Assembly (NCBI GenBank): GCA_009889585.1
Contig: WUQV01000172.1
Span: 1-24,000, forward strand
Source of the DNA: Candidatus Bathyarchaeota archaeon
GTDB lineage: Archaea; Thermoproteota; Bathyarchaeia; Bathyarchaeales; WUQV01
DNA: 24,000 nucleotides
Direction: 5' to 3'
Below the pieces are notes generated by a model, which saw nothing but the letters and a program-made list of their open reading frames with translations, was not told the origin of the DNA and made no database searches. A program made the translations under genes and the position numbers. Of the stretch, positions 23,097 to 24,000 are shown one piece after another. How positions within the stretch are numbered: the first letter of the stretch is position 1; every line of letters starts with the position of its first letter.

Positions 23097-24000
23097 GCTT
23101 GCAATAACTCATTGATACTTAAATCAATAATCACATCCTCCATACTATAAATACAAAGACGTGGACTAGATGTAACCATGCCTATTAACGCATAATCGCA
23201 ATTCCTCATTAAGCTCTCGAACTCATCTCGATCCTCCTCAGAAACTTCCGTTAAGAACCGACTATTAGACTCGGAGAAGAGCATGAAATCTTCCCTTTCT
23301 ACGTTGACCCTTGGCACGTCCTTAAGCCTTAGCTCCAATCCATATCCTCCGCTGAAGGCCATTTCAGCGGCTGCTACAGCCAGCCCTCCTTCTGAGAGGT
23401 CATGACAAGCTCTTACGAGGCGCCTTTTGATCGCCGTAGATATGGCTCTCATCGTCTTACGGGCTTTAGCAGGCCTAACCCTCGGGACCGTCCGTCCGAT
23501 GAGGCCCTTAATTCGATAGTACTCTGATCCCCCGAGCTCCGGGTAGGTCAAGCCGATAACGTAGATCAAATCCCCTGGACTTTTCACGTCTACGGATACC
23601 ACCTTCCTCACGTCGTTAACGATGCCTACGGCCGTCATCAAGAGCGTCGGCGTAACGGGGCCGAGGGGCGACTCGTTGTACAGGCTGTCCTTACCCGATA
23701 CGAACGGCGTCCCAAAGGCCTTCGCGAAGTCGTAGCACGCTTTACAAGCCCTGACGAGGGCCCCAAGCCTATCCGGCTTTTCAGGGTTCCCCCACGTGAA
23801 ATTGTCTAAAAGCGCGATCCTGCTCCCCCCGACCGCCACGTTATTCCGAATGGCCTCGTCGATGGCGGAGGCAGCCATCCAATACGGGTCTATCTTCCCG
23901 TAACGCGGGTTCATCCCGCACGATATCACCAAGCCCCTCCAAGAGCGATCCAACGGCTTGATCACTACGGCGTCGTTCGGCCCTCCAACGTCGCCTTGAA
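23069..24000 (-). CDS. purL: Phosphoribosylformylglycinamidine synthase subunit II (PurL), C-terminal part; the gene continues beyond the window end
   Basis: It shows AIR-synthase-like repeat motifs (AIDEAIRNNVAVGG, SGKDSLYNES, HDLSEGGLAVAAAEMAF). The frame stays open upstream of the listed GTG at 23965 (QGDVGGPNDAV precedes it), so the 5' end lies outside the window. Confidence 0.93.
   Translation of the reverse strand, partial: QGDVGGPNDAVVIKPLDRSWRGLVISCGMNPRYGKIDPYWMAASAIDEAIRNNVAVGGSRIALLDNFTWGNPEKPDRLGALVRACKACYDFAKAFGTPFVSGKDSLYNESPLGPVTPTLLMTAVGIVNDVRKVVSVDVKSPGDLIYVIGLTYPELGGSEYYRIKGLIGRTVPRVRPAKARKTMRAISTAIKRRLVRACHDLSEGGLAVAAAEMAFSGGYGLELRLKDVPRVNVEREDFMLFSESNSRFLTEVSEEDRDEFESLMRNCDYALIGMVTSSPRLCIYSMEDVIIDLSINELLQAWKSTLERV

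Noticed and set aside
1-24000. A search for CRISPR arrays, rRNA genes, C/D-box sRNAs (ATGATGA...CTGA pairs, for example near 5057 and 6182), IS elements and integrases.
   Set aside because: I found no regularly spaced direct repeats, no rRNA-like sequence, no C box with a correctly spaced D box and no transposase or integrase motifs in any listed ORF.

Overview
This window is an archaeal chromosomal segment. The evidence is an aRF1 with NIKS and GGQ motifs, a Fap7-type NMP kinase, a crenarchaeal-style ValRS and leaderless-looking gene starts; I cannot assign a species. Most of it is housekeeping or metabolic: a stand-alone ThiI PP-loop domain, Fap7, a DtxR/MntR-family metal repressor, aRF1, ValRS, an MBL-fold hydrolase, PurF, PurQ and the 3' part of PurL. 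A lower-GC block carries an AMP-forming acyl-CoA ligase and two 2-hydroxyacyl-CoA dehydratase/benzoyl-CoA reductase-family subunits. The best candidate for something new is a gene-poor, AT-rich island of about 4.7 kb (17.5-22.25 kb) between purF and purQ-purL. Its only solid genes are a translationally coupled pair: an SMC/RecF-like ABC ATPase (440 aa) followed directly by a PIN-domain nuclease (142 aa). This has the architecture of Septu, PARIS or AbiL-type defence systems but with a PIN effector, and I do not recognise it as a named system. A frameshifted ribbon-helix-helix antitoxin-like gene sits divergently next to it, and about 0.9 kb of ORF-free DNA lies downstream. A second unusual signal is block-wise shifts in GC and third-codon-position GC inside conserved genes (valS, purF and the purL/purQ junction). 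No rRNA, tRNA, CRISPR array, integrase or transposase was recognised. All calls rest on motif reading of the supplied ORF translations and hand inspection of the DNA, with no database searches. Coordinates of non-ORF features may be off by a base or two.
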